A DNA stretch of 64,000 nt. Origin: Candidatus Obscuribacteraceae bacterium (lineage in GTDB: Bacteria > Cyanobacteriota > Vampirovibrionia > Obscuribacterales > Obscuribacteraceae). The notes under the pieces are model-generated. The model did no database searches, had not been told where the DNA came from, and saw only the letters and a list, made by a program, of their open reading frames with translations. The DNA lies in NCBI GenBank assembly GCA_044226015.1, contig JBGAHS010000003.1:704001-768000 (forward strand). Direction: 5' to 3'. Position numbers and translations under genes: made by a program. Positions 20,778 through 30,290 of the stretch are shown here, piece by piece. Every line of letters starts with the position of its first letter. Position 1 is the stretch's first letter.

Positions 20778-20912
20778 TGCAGTTCAGTACGCCAGCTACG
20801 TTCGACACATGTTCGAGCCTGCTAGGTTCATAACGCGTGTCGAAACGGACGCGCTCTGACTGCAATGTCTGCGGACAAAGTGTACAGACCGTGTCCTTAA
20901 CCTAACTGGCGT
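20778..20912 (+). promoter_or_regulatory. Structured 5' leader of operon copy 2
   Basis: Several complementary segments (see findings); extended -10-like TGCTACTCT near 20676-20684. Confidence 0.45.
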
Positions 20913-20953
20913 TGCAGGAAGCAATGTCGGTATCTCTCTTCATGGAGGTTCTA

Positions 20954-22069
20954 ATGACCGAACTCTTCCTGAGGCCTTATGCCGTGATCTTCCTCATCCT
21001 GGTCGCACCCTTCGTCTTCGGGTGGGCTCACAGGCAGATCACGATTCGTCATTCGTCCCTTAAGCCTCAGAAGGGACTGCGGACTCACAGCCTGCTCATC
21101 ATGGCAGCGTCTGTCTGTCTTGCACTTATGACGACCAACCTCACCATCGCTCTGATGGGACCCAAAGTCCCCGATGCGAAGGTGGAACACATCGCTGTTA
21201 TTCGGAAGGTCTGCCTCTTCATCGACCGCTCCGGTTCCATGACAGCGGTTCTCACCGAAGGCGCGAAAGAGCTGTCCGAAGACGAAGCTGCCGCCAAGTC
21301 TACCGCTGGTGCTACCGTCGGCGGCGGCGGCAACGACAAGCTCAGCCTCAACAGCGGCAACGGCGAAGATACAGAGGGCAAGTCCGACAAGGACCTGACC
21401 CGCATCGATGCTGCCCAGCTCGCGGCGCGTTACATCATCCGCAACCGGATGACGGACAACCCGAACGAGACGGACCAGTTCTGCATCTGGACCTTCGACA
21501 CCGATTCCTATAATCTGGCTCCGCTCAGCAACGACAAAAACGCGCTGCTGAAACGCGCCACGCACATCAGCGAGAACGTCGGCGGCGGCACCAACTTCGC
21601 TGGACCGTACGGCTACATCTCGGGAATCGGACCGTTGCAGAAGGCGTCGGACTTCTTCGGCAAGTACGCCACGCCCGACAGCGTCTCGGTGGTGATTCTC
21701 ATCACCGACGGTGAGGACGGCTTCCCGGAGGAACGCAAAAATCAGCTCCTCCAGCTGTTCAAGCAGCAGAAGCTGCGATTCTATGTCATCGGTCTCGGCG
21801 ACGGATGGAAAGAGGGTAACAACCTCGACCTCCAGAAATTCGCTGACGCGATTCATAAGGATGACCCGACCAACGGACTCGTTTTCCGTGCGTCGAATCC
21901 TGGTGCGATGCGCGCTGCGATGGAGACCATCAACAAGCTCGAGAAGGCGCAAGAGGTTGTGCTGGACCAGCAGGAATATAAGGAGATCTTCCAATACTTC
22001 TTGTATGCCGCCGCTGCGTTCGGTGCTCTTTTCGTGCTGCTCGCGCTAGCCGCGCGGCGTGTCCCGTAA
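20954..22069 (+). CDS. vWA-domain membrane protein, BatA-like (operon copy 2)
   Basis: MIDAS IDRSGSM, GGGTNF, ILITDGED; paralog of 4314-5303. Confidence 0.9.
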   Translation: MTELFLRPYAVIFLILVAPFVFGWAHRQITIRHSSLKPQKGLRTHSLLIMAASVCLALMTTNLTIALMGPKVPDAKVEHIAVIRKVCLFIDRSGSMTAVLTEGAKELSEDEAAAKSTAGATVGGGGNDKLSLNSGNGEDTEGKSDKDLTRIDAAQLAARYIIRNRMTDNPNETDQFCIWTFDTDSYNLAPLSNDKNALLKRATHISENVGGGTNFAGPYGYISGIGPLQKASDFFGKYATPDSVSVVILITDGEDGFPEERKNQLLQLFKQQKLRFYVIGLGDGWKEGNNLDLQKFADAIHKDDPTNGLVFRASNPGAMRAAMETINKLEKAQEVVLDQQEYKEIFQYFLYAAAAFGALFVLLALAARRVP

Positions 22070-22082
22070 AGGAGGACTGATT

Positions 22083-22664
22083 ATGAAGCATCTGAAAAGC
22101 CCGAGAAGCTGGGTGATCATCAGCTTCCTGGTCGGGTTCGTCCTGACCATGACAGGCTGGGTCTGGTGGGAACAGCAAACCCCCCAGACGCAGTACTACA
22201 ACAAGGGTCTCATCGCCTACAACACGGGCAACTGGGACCTGGCAGTTCGGCACTTCGACCGCTCGGTCGCAGAGTTCAACTCCGCCGACACTGCCGACAA
22301 AAGCGTCCTCAAGGCGCCGGCGTCGGTCGAGATGGCAGCTCTGGCTCAGTTCCACAAGTTCATGGCTCTCCTGAAAATGAAGAACGCCAAGTTGGCGGTC
22401 GACGCTATTAAGGAAAGCCTGAAGCTGAGCAGCGAGATGAACCTGAAGAAGTACCAGCTCAGCGACAGCGAACTGCGTCGCATCCAGGAACAGCGCTTCG
22501 ACGCGCAGACGGACCTGGAGATTCTCTTCAAGCAACAGGAGCAGATGGCACAGGGTGAAGGCAAGAACGGGAAGAAGCCCGGTCAGCCGCAGCCTGGCGA
22601 CAAGCCTGCCGACGACCCGGGCAATCAGCAGGGTTCCGGAAAGGGCAATCGCAACCAGCTCTAG
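22083..22664 (+). CDS. TPR-like membrane-anchored protein, BatC-like (copy 2)
   Basis: YNKGLIAY...FDRS, MAALAQ, AVDAIKESLKL, DLEILF, QGEGK tail; paralog of 5323-5958. Confidence 0.75.
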   Translation: MKHLKSPRSWVIISFLVGFVLTMTGWVWWEQQTPQTQYYNKGLIAYNTGNWDLAVRHFDRSVAEFNSADTADKSVLKAPASVEMAALAQFHKFMALLKMKNAKLAVDAIKESLKLSSEMNLKKYQLSDSELRRIQEQRFDAQTDLEILFKQQEQMAQGEGKNGKKPGQPQPGDKPADDPGNQQGSGKGNRNQL

Positions 22665-22677
22665 ATAGGAGACCACC

Positions 22678-23805
22678 ATGCTTGGTATCTCATTCATGGT
22701 GCCCTATCTGTTCTGGATAGGGGCACCACTCGTGCTCCTTGCCGGACTCGCTCTGGCTTGGTACAGCACTAAGCTCACCGAGAGCACTCGTTCGTATTTC
22801 GGTGAGCTTGCTCTTCTTGGTCCGCTGAGCCCGAAGACGGTGAAGCAGACCCGTTCGCTCTGGGCACAGTGGATCGCGTTCTTCGTGATTCTCGTGACCG
22901 CTGCCGCTGGTCCCAGTGGCAATGACACGCCGTCGCTGGCACGTGCCGGCGCTCTGCAGGTCATGATGGTCTACGATGTGTCCAACTCGTGCGGCGCGGA
23001 AGACTACCGCGCCTACGTCCCGCCTGCACCCGGTCAAGAAGTACCTGGCTCGATGTACGCGTGGGGAACTCGCTGCGACATGGCGAGGCTCATCACCGAG
23101 CGCGACCTGCTTCCGATGTTGAAAGACAACGAAGTCGGTCTCGTCACGGTGGCGGGCGTCGGCTACAACATGTGGGACCTCACCAGGGACCACGGAGGTG
23201 CGCTCAAGTACGAGTTGCAGAACTTCCTGAAACCTGGTGCCGCTCCTGGTGGCGGTGCTGATTACACCAGCGGACTGCGAACCGCGCTCAAGGGTTTCGA
23301 CTCGATGGGCAAAGACGACAGCAAAGAGCGCTTCATCGTGCTTTTCGCTGACGGCGGTTTCACCGGCGACCCGGCTGAACTGGACAAGGTTCTGGCTGAG
23401 TTGAACAAGCGCAAGATTCACCTCCTCATCGTGGGGCTCGGCGGTTTGACACCGATTTCGGTGCCGACTTACGACTCGACGACCAAGCAGCGCAACGGTG
23501 CCTACGAAGGTACGACTGCTTACGAGAAGGCGACTCTCGAGCACATGCGCGATGTGGTGCAGGGCTCTGTCCTCATCCACGCCGCTCCGGGTTCTGGTCC
23601 GGTCACGTACAACTTCCCTGCCAAGGCGGGTGGGCTGTACGCTGTGCCGAAGCAGTCCAACCTCTACCCCTGGCTTCTGCTGGTCGACATGCTGCTCCTC
23701 GTGAGCATCACGTTCGGCGGCGGTGGCTTGCCTCGTCGCAGCCTGGTCGTGCCGCTCTTCAAAGAGCCGTACGACTGGGTCAAGGGGAAAATCAGCCGGT
23801 CCTAG
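22678..23805 (+). CDS. vWA-domain membrane protein, BatB-like (copy 2)
   Basis: YDVSNS, AEDYR, WGTRCDMA, ADGGF; paralog of 5978-7033. Confidence 0.9.
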   Translation: MLGISFMVPYLFWIGAPLVLLAGLALAWYSTKLTESTRSYFGELALLGPLSPKTVKQTRSLWAQWIAFFVILVTAAAGPSGNDTPSLARAGALQVMMVYDVSNSCGAEDYRAYVPPAPGQEVPGSMYAWGTRCDMARLITERDLLPMLKDNEVGLVTVAGVGYNMWDLTRDHGGALKYELQNFLKPGAAPGGGADYTSGLRTALKGFDSMGKDDSKERFIVLFADGGFTGDPAELDKVLAELNKRKIHLLIVGLGGLTPISVPTYDSTTKQRNGAYEGTTAYEKATLEHMRDVVQGSVLIHAAPGSGPVTYNFPAKAGGLYAVPKQSNLYPWLLLVDMLLLVSITFGGGGLPRRSLVVPLFKEPYDWVKGKISRS

Positions 23806-23867
23806 TACCGCGCAGTTTCTTCAACTCACGGCAAGGATTCCCCTTGCATACAAGAAGGATTGAAATC

Positions 23868-24944
23868 ATGACGAATCTCTCGCATGACGAACTCCGCGCG
23901 AAGTGCCAGAAGGTGCTGGCGGAGTACAACAAGTATGTCTACGGCTACGAAGACATCGGTCAGAAGCTGCTGATCGCGATCATCGCCGGTCGCGTCTGCC
24001 ACATCCTGACCGAAGGCGTTCCCGGTCTCGCCAAGACGCACAGCGTCAAGGTGATGTCCTACGCCATCGACGGCATGAGCTCCACGCGCATCCAGTTCAC
24101 CCCGGACATGATGCCCAAGGAGATCACCGGCGCCAAGATTCTCGACCTCGAGACCCGCAAGTCCCACATCGAATGGGGACCGATCCGCGGCGTCAACCTG
24201 GTCGTTGCCGACGAAATCAACCGCGGCAAGACCAACACGCAGTCGGCTCTTCTGGAGGCGATGGGTGAAGGTCAGGTCACGGTCGCCGGCGTTCGCGAAA
24301 AGATGGCCAACCCCTTCGTGGTCATGGCCACGCAGAACCCCATCGAACAGGAAGGCACCAACCCGCTGCCCGAAGCGCAGCACGACCGCTTCCTGTTCAA
24401 GATCGTCTTCGACTACGCCAGCGAAGACGCCGAGCTCAAGATTCTCGAGAACTCGGACCTCGGCGACTCCTCGGTCTACGACAAGATCGAGGCGCACATG
24501 TCGAAGGACGAAATCCTCGCCGCGCGCGCCTTCGTGGACTCGAGCATCAACGCGTCTCGCACGTTCAACAACTACCTGCTCAAGGTCTGCCGGACCACCC
24601 GTCCGGACAAGCCCGAGTTCAAGGAGTTCTGCGAGAAGCACCCGGAGCTGGCCAAGATCATGAACATGGTCAAGGTCGGCGTCGGTCCTCGTGCTCTGCA
24701 GGGTCTGCAGCGCGCGTGCAAGGTGCAGGCGTTCCTCTTCGGCAAGACCGAGGACGGCGCCGCGCGCGACTACGTCATGCCGGAAGACCTCAAGGCTCTC
24801 GCGCATGCCGTTCTTCGCCACCGCATCATCATGAAGGAGGAGGCTGCCTACACCAAGGGCGGTGCCGTCACTTCCGATGATGTGATCAAGGCGATTCTCG
24901 ACAACGTCTTCCCGATCGAGGACGTTCGCGAGTACAAGCGGTAA
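23868..24944 (+). CDS. moxR: MoxR-family AAA+ ATPase (copy 2)
   Basis: GVPGLAKT, RIQFTPD, ADEINR, QNPIEQEGTNPLPEAQHDRF. Confidence 0.95.
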   Translation: MTNLSHDELRAKCQKVLAEYNKYVYGYEDIGQKLLIAIIAGRVCHILTEGVPGLAKTHSVKVMSYAIDGMSSTRIQFTPDMMPKEITGAKILDLETRKSHIEWGPIRGVNLVVADEINRGKTNTQSALLEAMGEGQVTVAGVREKMANPFVVMATQNPIEQEGTNPLPEAQHDRFLFKIVFDYASEDAELKILENSDLGDSSVYDKIEAHMSKDEILAARAFVDSSINASRTFNNYLLKVCRTTRPDKPEFKEFCEKHPELAKIMNMVKVGVGPRALQGLQRACKVQAFLFGKTEDGAARDYVMPEDLKALAHAVLRHRIIMKEEAAYTKGGAVTSDDVIKAILDNVFPIEDVREYKR

Positions 24945-24956
24945 GAAGTTCTCCCG

Positions 24957-24999
24957 GGCTGGGTCATAGACTCGACATGTTCGAGCACTAGACCCAGCC
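24957..24999 (+). other. Intergenic hairpin after moxR copy 2
   Basis: GGCTGGGTC...CTCGA-CATGT-TCGAG...GACCCAGCC. Confidence 0.7.
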
Positions 25000-25067
25000 T
25001 TGCCTGTTGGGCGAGGGGGATTTACCGCGGTTTCTGATTCCCCAATGTCCAACAGTGGAGACTTCCA

Positions 25068-26084
25068 ATGGACCGCGAAGAAAATCTCGACATCATTCTC
25101 GACCTTCGGCGAAAGATTGCAGAAGGGGAACTCACCATCCGCTGGCCCTCGAGCGAAATGCTCGCCAGCGCGCTCTTCCGCCGCAGCAACCGCAAGGGGC
25201 CCGGCGATGATCAGGATGGTCTCAAGGAATACGAGGCTGGCGATGACCTCCGGCACGCCGACTGGATCGCAACCGCGTCCGAGTCGGACCCGAGCATGGT
25301 CATCATCAAGACCTTCCACGAACCGCGGGTGGTGCGCTTCAACGTGCTGATGGACGTTCACCCGTCCATGAGCTTCGGCACCACCGGTTCGCTCAAGAGT
25401 CGTCTGGGCGCACTCTGCGCCGGCTGCGGACTGATCACCGCTGCCAAGGCGCGCGAGAGAATCAGCTACGTCACGTTTGCTGGGCAACCGGTGACCGTGC
25501 GCAGGAACCAGAGCGCGACCCGCGTTCTGACTGATTTCCTCATGCACGCCATCGAGGACGGCGATGCTGCCAACAAGGCGGCGGCGAACTCGGAAGGCGG
25601 CGGCATGGCTGCTGCCTTCGACACGATCAACAAGAAGCAGCGTTCGTTCGTGCTTCTTGTCTCCGACTTCGTCAACATGTCGGAGGACGACTGGGAGGCG
25701 CTGCGCGTGTCCGGCTTCAAGAACGACACCGTCGCGGTGTTCGTTCAGGACATCCGCGAGCGAGAGTTGCCTGAGGTTCCCTGGCCGGGAGCCAGCTACG
25801 CCTTCGAAGACCCGAGCGGCAACAAGAAAACGCTCTGGGTCACTCCGGACCATTCGCCCAAGATTCTCGCGGGCATCACCGGCTTCATCTCGAAGCTGGC
25901 GGCGCGTCTGCTCAAAGCTGACAGCGTCACCAGCCGCGAGAAGTACCGGCAGAACTTCCGGAAGCACGAGGCTCAGGTACTCGACCGCCTCGAATCCTAC
26001 GGCATCAAGACCGTGGTCGTGAGCACCGAAGCGGAGATGGACTCTGTTCATTCCCTGCTCAGGGTGCTGGCTAACAAGCGCTAG
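25068..26084 (+). CDS. DUF58 family protein (copy 2)
   Basis: EYEAGDDLRHADW, SMSFGT, LVSDF, QDIREREL. Confidence 0.9.
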   Translation: MDREENLDIILDLRRKIAEGELTIRWPSSEMLASALFRRSNRKGPGDDQDGLKEYEAGDDLRHADWIATASESDPSMVIIKTFHEPRVVRFNVLMDVHPSMSFGTTGSLKSRLGALCAGCGLITAAKARERISYVTFAGQPVTVRRNQSATRVLTDFLMHAIEDGDAANKAAANSEGGGMAAAFDTINKKQRSFVLLVSDFVNMSEDDWEALRVSGFKNDTVAVFVQDIRERELPEVPWPGASYAFEDPSGNKKTLWVTPDHSPKILAGITGFISKLAARLLKADSVTSREKYRQNFRKHEAQVLDRLESYGIKTVVVSTEAEMDSVHSLLRVLANKR

Positions 26085-26094
26085 GAGAAGCGAT

Positions 26095-27177
26095 ATGTTC
26101 AAAATGATCAGAAAGTTGACTCTGGCGCTGTCGTTGGCTGCACTCTCTTTCGCGGGAGTCGCATTCGCCGATGACAGCAGCTCGAAGCTCCCCGAACCGG
26201 TTTCGCCGGAGCGGGGCGCTGTCGTCGACGGGCGTGTCAACGTCTACATCGGAACGCCGCGCGTCAATGCCTACGGCATCGGCGACAGCATTCCGGTGAC
26301 GCTCGTCTTCGAGATGATTCCACCCAAGCCGGAGGAGCTCAACAGCACCCCGGCTGCTCCTACCCCCGAAGCTTCCAAGCCCGGCGAGCCCATCAAGGCA
26401 CCGGAGAAGAAGCTGCTGCCGATGCCGCGCATCGATGTCGAAGGTCTTCTCATGCAGGTTCAGTCTGCTGAGAAACTCGATGTCGACATGCTCGGCGGCG
26501 CCCAAGAGGTGCAGCGCTACACGCGCGACGGCAAGGAATATCTGCGTGTGGTGTTCTACGTCTGGACCTTCGTCACGACGAAGCAGACCCAGGTCGACGT
26601 GAAGGCGGACTTCATGTACGCCTATCAGGCCCTGGAAGACGGAACGCCCGACTGGAAGAAGGCAAGCTCGCCAACCATCCACGTCGGCATCCGCAAGACC
26701 GCCGCAGACAACCAGACCAGGATGCGCGAGGGTGACCTCACGCTGAAGGCGAGCCCTCGGGTCGCCGCAGCGCCGTACGCCCTGGTCGGCGGTGTTCTGC
26801 TTCTGCTGCCGCTCTTCGGCGCGCTCGCCTTGACCGGCTACCGCCGCTACATGGAGCCCAAGAAGCTGAACGCCAACGAAAGTGCCTGGGCCGAACTCGA
26901 CGCCATCTTCAACGAGGCGGCGAAGTCTGGCTACAACATCGACGTGTACAAGAGCATCTTCTTCGTGCTGCGCCGGCGCTTCAACGTGCTGGCTCTGGAC
27001 GGCAAGGAACTCTTCGCTGCAGTCAAGGCGCACCCGGACCTGGCGTCGGCTCAGTTCAGTGACATCGAAGCGGTCTTCGGCATGGAAGCCATCTTCTACG
27101 CCAAGAACGCCCGCGTCACCGACGAGCAGAACCTGGCATTCGTGGAGGGCATCAAGAAGCTCATCCCGCGCCACTAG
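26095..27177 (+). CDS. Exported protein with C-terminal TM, BatD/DUF4381-like (copy 2)
   Basis: Signal peptide, YGIGDSIPVTL, DGTPDW, GDLTLKASP, TM; paralog of 9304-10341. Confidence 0.7.
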   Translation: MFKMIRKLTLALSLAALSFAGVAFADDSSSKLPEPVSPERGAVVDGRVNVYIGTPRVNAYGIGDSIPVTLVFEMIPPKPEELNSTPAAPTPEASKPGEPIKAPEKKLLPMPRIDVEGLLMQVQSAEKLDVDMLGGAQEVQRYTRDGKEYLRVVFYVWTFVTTKQTQVDVKADFMYAYQALEDGTPDWKKASSPTIHVGIRKTAADNQTRMREGDLTLKASPRVAAAPYALVGGVLLLLPLFGALALTGYRRYMEPKKLNANESAWAELDAIFNEAAKSGYNIDVYKSIFFVLRRRFNVLALDGKELFAAVKAHPDLASAQFSDIEAVFGMEAIFYAKNARVTDEQNLAFVEGIKKLIPRH

Positions 27178-27236
27178 CCTGAGCCCCCAGGTGGGAGGCT
27201 CAGGTCTTCCACCTGGTTTCAACAAAGGAAAATGCC

Positions 27237-28832
27237 ATGAGAAAGATCATCTCAGGCGTGCTTGCCGCGACTCTCATGTCCGGCAGCATGCTTTTCTCGG
27301 GCGGGCAGGCTCTGGCTGCGGCACCGTATTGCCAGGCACTGAACCCGCAACCCGACACCCCGGAAGCTGCCCAGTTCTTGCAGCTCCTCAAGCAGTCGAG
27401 CGACCCCCATGTGGTCGCCGCGCAGATTCTCGACAAGGTCGCCCCGCTGCCGCCCGAAGCGCTGCAGCAGATCTACGACGAGACCTTCCAGTTCCTCGTC
27501 AACCACTACATCGACGACAGCAAGCTGGAGCACTTGAAAGAGTACCAGCATAAATATGATGGGAAGATTCAGACGCGCAAAGACCTCGAGTTGGCGCTGA
27601 AGGATCTGACCACGTCGATGGGCGACCGCTGGACCTGGTCGAAGGGCGCCTCGGACACCGTCAAGAGTGTCATGATGGCAATCTCGAAGCAGGTCAACTT
27701 CGGCATCAGCTTGCGCAAGCAGGATGATGGCAGCTTCAAGATCGAGGCGATGATGTACGGCTCGACGGCTCAGGCTTCCGGTCTGCGCGAGGGCGACACC
27801 GTTCTCTCGGTCAACGGGCGTGAGCTCAAGGGTCTCGACAAGGACACGGCGGAAGCCCTGCTCATCGGACCCATCGGCAACTCGCTCAAGGTGACCAGCA
27901 TTCAGGACGGCAAGACGGTGGAAGCCAGCTACACGCTGAGCGCCCCCGTGCCCAACGATGCCGGCGCCAAGCTGCTCGAGAACAATCTCGCCTACCTGAA
28001 GTTGCCCAACTTCATGAGCGACGAAGACTTCCAGAAGCTCGTCGGCTCCATGGGCGATATGGCTGCCACCACCCCCGGTGGTCTCCAGGGCATCGTGCTT
28101 GACCTCCGCTACAACGGCGGCGGTCAGGTCGAGATGGCCAAGACGCTGATTCGGCTGCTCATGTCGGAAGGCGTCGTGATTCAGGAGCTGGCTCGCGATG
28201 GTCGCGACCAGACCGAAACGAAGCTGACGCTGCGTCCGTACAACAGCATGGACACTCTGAAGTATCCGCCCAAGGTTATGGAGGTGCTGCAAGAGCTGCA
28301 GAAGCTTCCGCTGGTCATCCTGGTCAACGGCTCGTCCGCTTCGGCAGCGGAAATCACGACCGGCGCGCTGATGGACAGCCGTCCGAACACGCTGGTCATC
28401 GGTGAGCAGACCTTCGGCAAGTTCACCGAAATGCTGATGCAGGAACTGCCGACCTGTGGCAGCATCGCCGTCACCTCTGGGCGTTACACCACGCCCGACG
28501 GCAAGTGGCTGCAGAACGCCGGCATCACGCCGAACGTCATCGTGCATCAGCCGCGCGGCTCTACGGAAGACGCGCAGATGAAGGCGGCTATCGACTTCCT
28601 CGAGAAGAAGACCGCTTTCAACCCGGCCAACGTGGTGCAGAAGCCCGTGGACACGAAGGAATACTTCGGTCCCGTGCCCGCGCGCCCCGAGCCGCCCCAG
28701 GCCGACACCGACTATGTGCAGCTGGCGCGGGAAAACCGCACGTTGCTCATGCAGGTCGGCGTGGGTACGTTCCTGTCCGCAATTCTCGGCATCTTCCTGC
28801 TGCTCTCGCGGCGCCGGAAGGACGAGAAGTAA
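27237..28832 (+). CDS. S41 protease with PDZ domain and C-terminal TM anchor
   Basis: DLRYNGGG, SASAAEI, TFGK, C-terminal hydrophobic helix plus RRRKDEK. Confidence 0.9.
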   Translation: MRKIISGVLAATLMSGSMLFSGGQALAAAPYCQALNPQPDTPEAAQFLQLLKQSSDPHVVAAQILDKVAPLPPEALQQIYDETFQFLVNHYIDDSKLEHLKEYQHKYDGKIQTRKDLELALKDLTTSMGDRWTWSKGASDTVKSVMMAISKQVNFGISLRKQDDGSFKIEAMMYGSTAQASGLREGDTVLSVNGRELKGLDKDTAEALLIGPIGNSLKVTSIQDGKTVEASYTLSAPVPNDAGAKLLENNLAYLKLPNFMSDEDFQKLVGSMGDMAATTPGGLQGIVLDLRYNGGGQVEMAKTLIRLLMSEGVVIQELARDGRDQTETKLTLRPYNSMDTLKYPPKVMEVLQELQKLPLVILVNGSSASAAEITTGALMDSRPNTLVIGEQTFGKFTEMLMQELPTCGSIAVTSGRYTTPDGKWLQNAGITPNVIVHQPRGSTEDAQMKAAIDFLEKKTAFNPANVVQKPVDTKEYFGPVPARPEPPQADTDYVQLARENRTLLMQVGVGTFLSAILGIFLLLSRRRKDEK

Positions 28833-28904
28833 CGCCACCGCTGGTGGTGCTCTAACCGACAAGGCAAAGGCACCACCAGCCTTCCCTTGAGGAGGTACTT
28901 ATCT

Positions 28905-30152
28905 ATGGTCAATCGCAAGCTCGTTGCGGTCTGCCTGACGACGATCTCCATCCTGGGAGGCGCGCTGGCATACTGCTTCATCGGCGGCAACGCCGAAGGT
29001 CCCGACGTGAGGGACATGCTCAATGCGCCCAAGACGCGCATGCAGATGAACTTCTACGGAGCGGCTAAGACCGACTCCGGCAAGAGCGTCAGCGGGCTGA
29101 GCATCGGCTACGAGTACTACGACGATGCCGGAAAGCATCTGCGCAGTGCTCTGGAATACGAAGACGGCGCCACGGAAGACGTGTTCTACCGTGCCAACGG
29201 CACAAAAGACTGGAGCCGCGATTTCTACGCGGCTGCCGGCTCAGAGCGCGCGATTCTGCGCTCCAACGCCTGGTTTGCAGCAGACGGCAAGACCTACATC
29301 AAGCACGATGTCTATCATAAGGATGGCAGCATCGAGCGGCAGGGTCGCCTTCTGGCTGATGGGAAATATGAGCAGACGTACTTCTGCGCCGATGGCAAAA
29401 CCATTCAGCGCCAGCAGCTCTTCGGCTCGACCAGGAACTTCCTGTCGGAAAAGGCAATCTTCTGCGAGACGGGCAAAGCGATTCGCTCGGTCGAAGACGG
29501 CGAGTACGGCTCGAAGATTCTCACGCTCTTCCGCGAGGATGGCAGCATTGCCTCCAAGCAGACGATGCATGATGGCAGCGAATACGGACCCTTCTACACC
29601 GGTGACAGCTTCGACAAGGACGGCAAAATCGTCCTGCACTTCGAGCATGGTCCGTTCCAGAAAGAGGTGCAAACCCTGAAGGACGGCAAGCCGGATATGA
29701 AGTGGCTCGACGTGACTTACTACACCTACAAGCGCGAAATCTCGCGCCTCAATCCAGCCGACCCGAAGAAGAAGGTCTGGACACAGACCATAATGCCCGG
29801 CGAAAAGTACAGCCTGGATAACGGGAAGCTGAGCGTCATCACCGAATACGATGGCGAAGGAAAAGTCACCCGTGTAATCGAGATGAACGAGAACGGCAGC
29901 AAGCCGGCTCGCATCATCGTCTCGACTGCCGACGACAAGAAGAAGCTCGTCCACTACCTGGGCGATGACGGCAAAATCGTCAAAACAATGCTGCGCGACG
30001 ACAAGGACAAGAGCGAAACCCCGCAGGCGCTGCCCGCGGAGCTCGACTCGAAGATTCCCGTCGAAGAGCTGCAGAGCTACGCAAGACCGAGTTCTCCCGA
30101 ATGGGACGACGGTAACACGTCGACTAGCGACAAGGTCTACGACTTCCACTGA
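28905..30152 (+). CDS. Membrane-anchored beta-hairpin repeat protein (MORN-variant/YwqK-like), paralog A
   Basis: N-terminal TM, recurring (Y/F)xxDG turns. Confidence 0.7.
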   Translation: MVNRKLVAVCLTTISILGGALAYCFIGGNAEGPDVRDMLNAPKTRMQMNFYGAAKTDSGKSVSGLSIGYEYYDDAGKHLRSALEYEDGATEDVFYRANGTKDWSRDFYAAAGSERAILRSNAWFAADGKTYIKHDVYHKDGSIERQGRLLADGKYEQTYFCADGKTIQRQQLFGSTRNFLSEKAIFCETGKAIRSVEDGEYGSKILTLFREDGSIASKQTMHDGSEYGPFYTGDSFDKDGKIVLHFEHGPFQKEVQTLKDGKPDMKWLDVTYYTYKREISRLNPADPKKKVWTQTIMPGEKYSLDNGKLSVITEYDGEGKVTRVIEMNENGSKPARIIVSTADDKKKLVHYLGDDGKIVKTMLRDDKDKSETPQALPAELDSKIPVEELQSYARPSSPEWDDGNTSTSDKVYDFH

Positions 30153-30290
30153 GCCGCTTTGAAATCCGAGCTCGTAGCACAGCACCTGGGCACCGCCCAT
30201 GGTGCTGGCTGCAAGTTCCGAAGAGAAGTAGCTCCGTGCGATTCACGACTTAACCCAACGCGGAGATGCTCATAACAGGAAAGCACTGAT

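Noticed and set aside
20801..20816. SOS (LexA) box-like TCGACACATGTTCGA, and a similar one at 24971-24985
   Set aside because: Spacing does not fit GAAC-N4-GTTC; both are better explained as RNA hairpin arms.
23826..26240. 804-aa minus-strand ORF, and similar long antisense ORFs (564-1394, 7041-8252, 16511-17758, 27252-28862, 32238-34103, 38643-39785)
   Set aside because: Shadow ORFs opposite well-supported genes; strong C/G-ending codon bias removes antisense stops, and the translations lack motifs.
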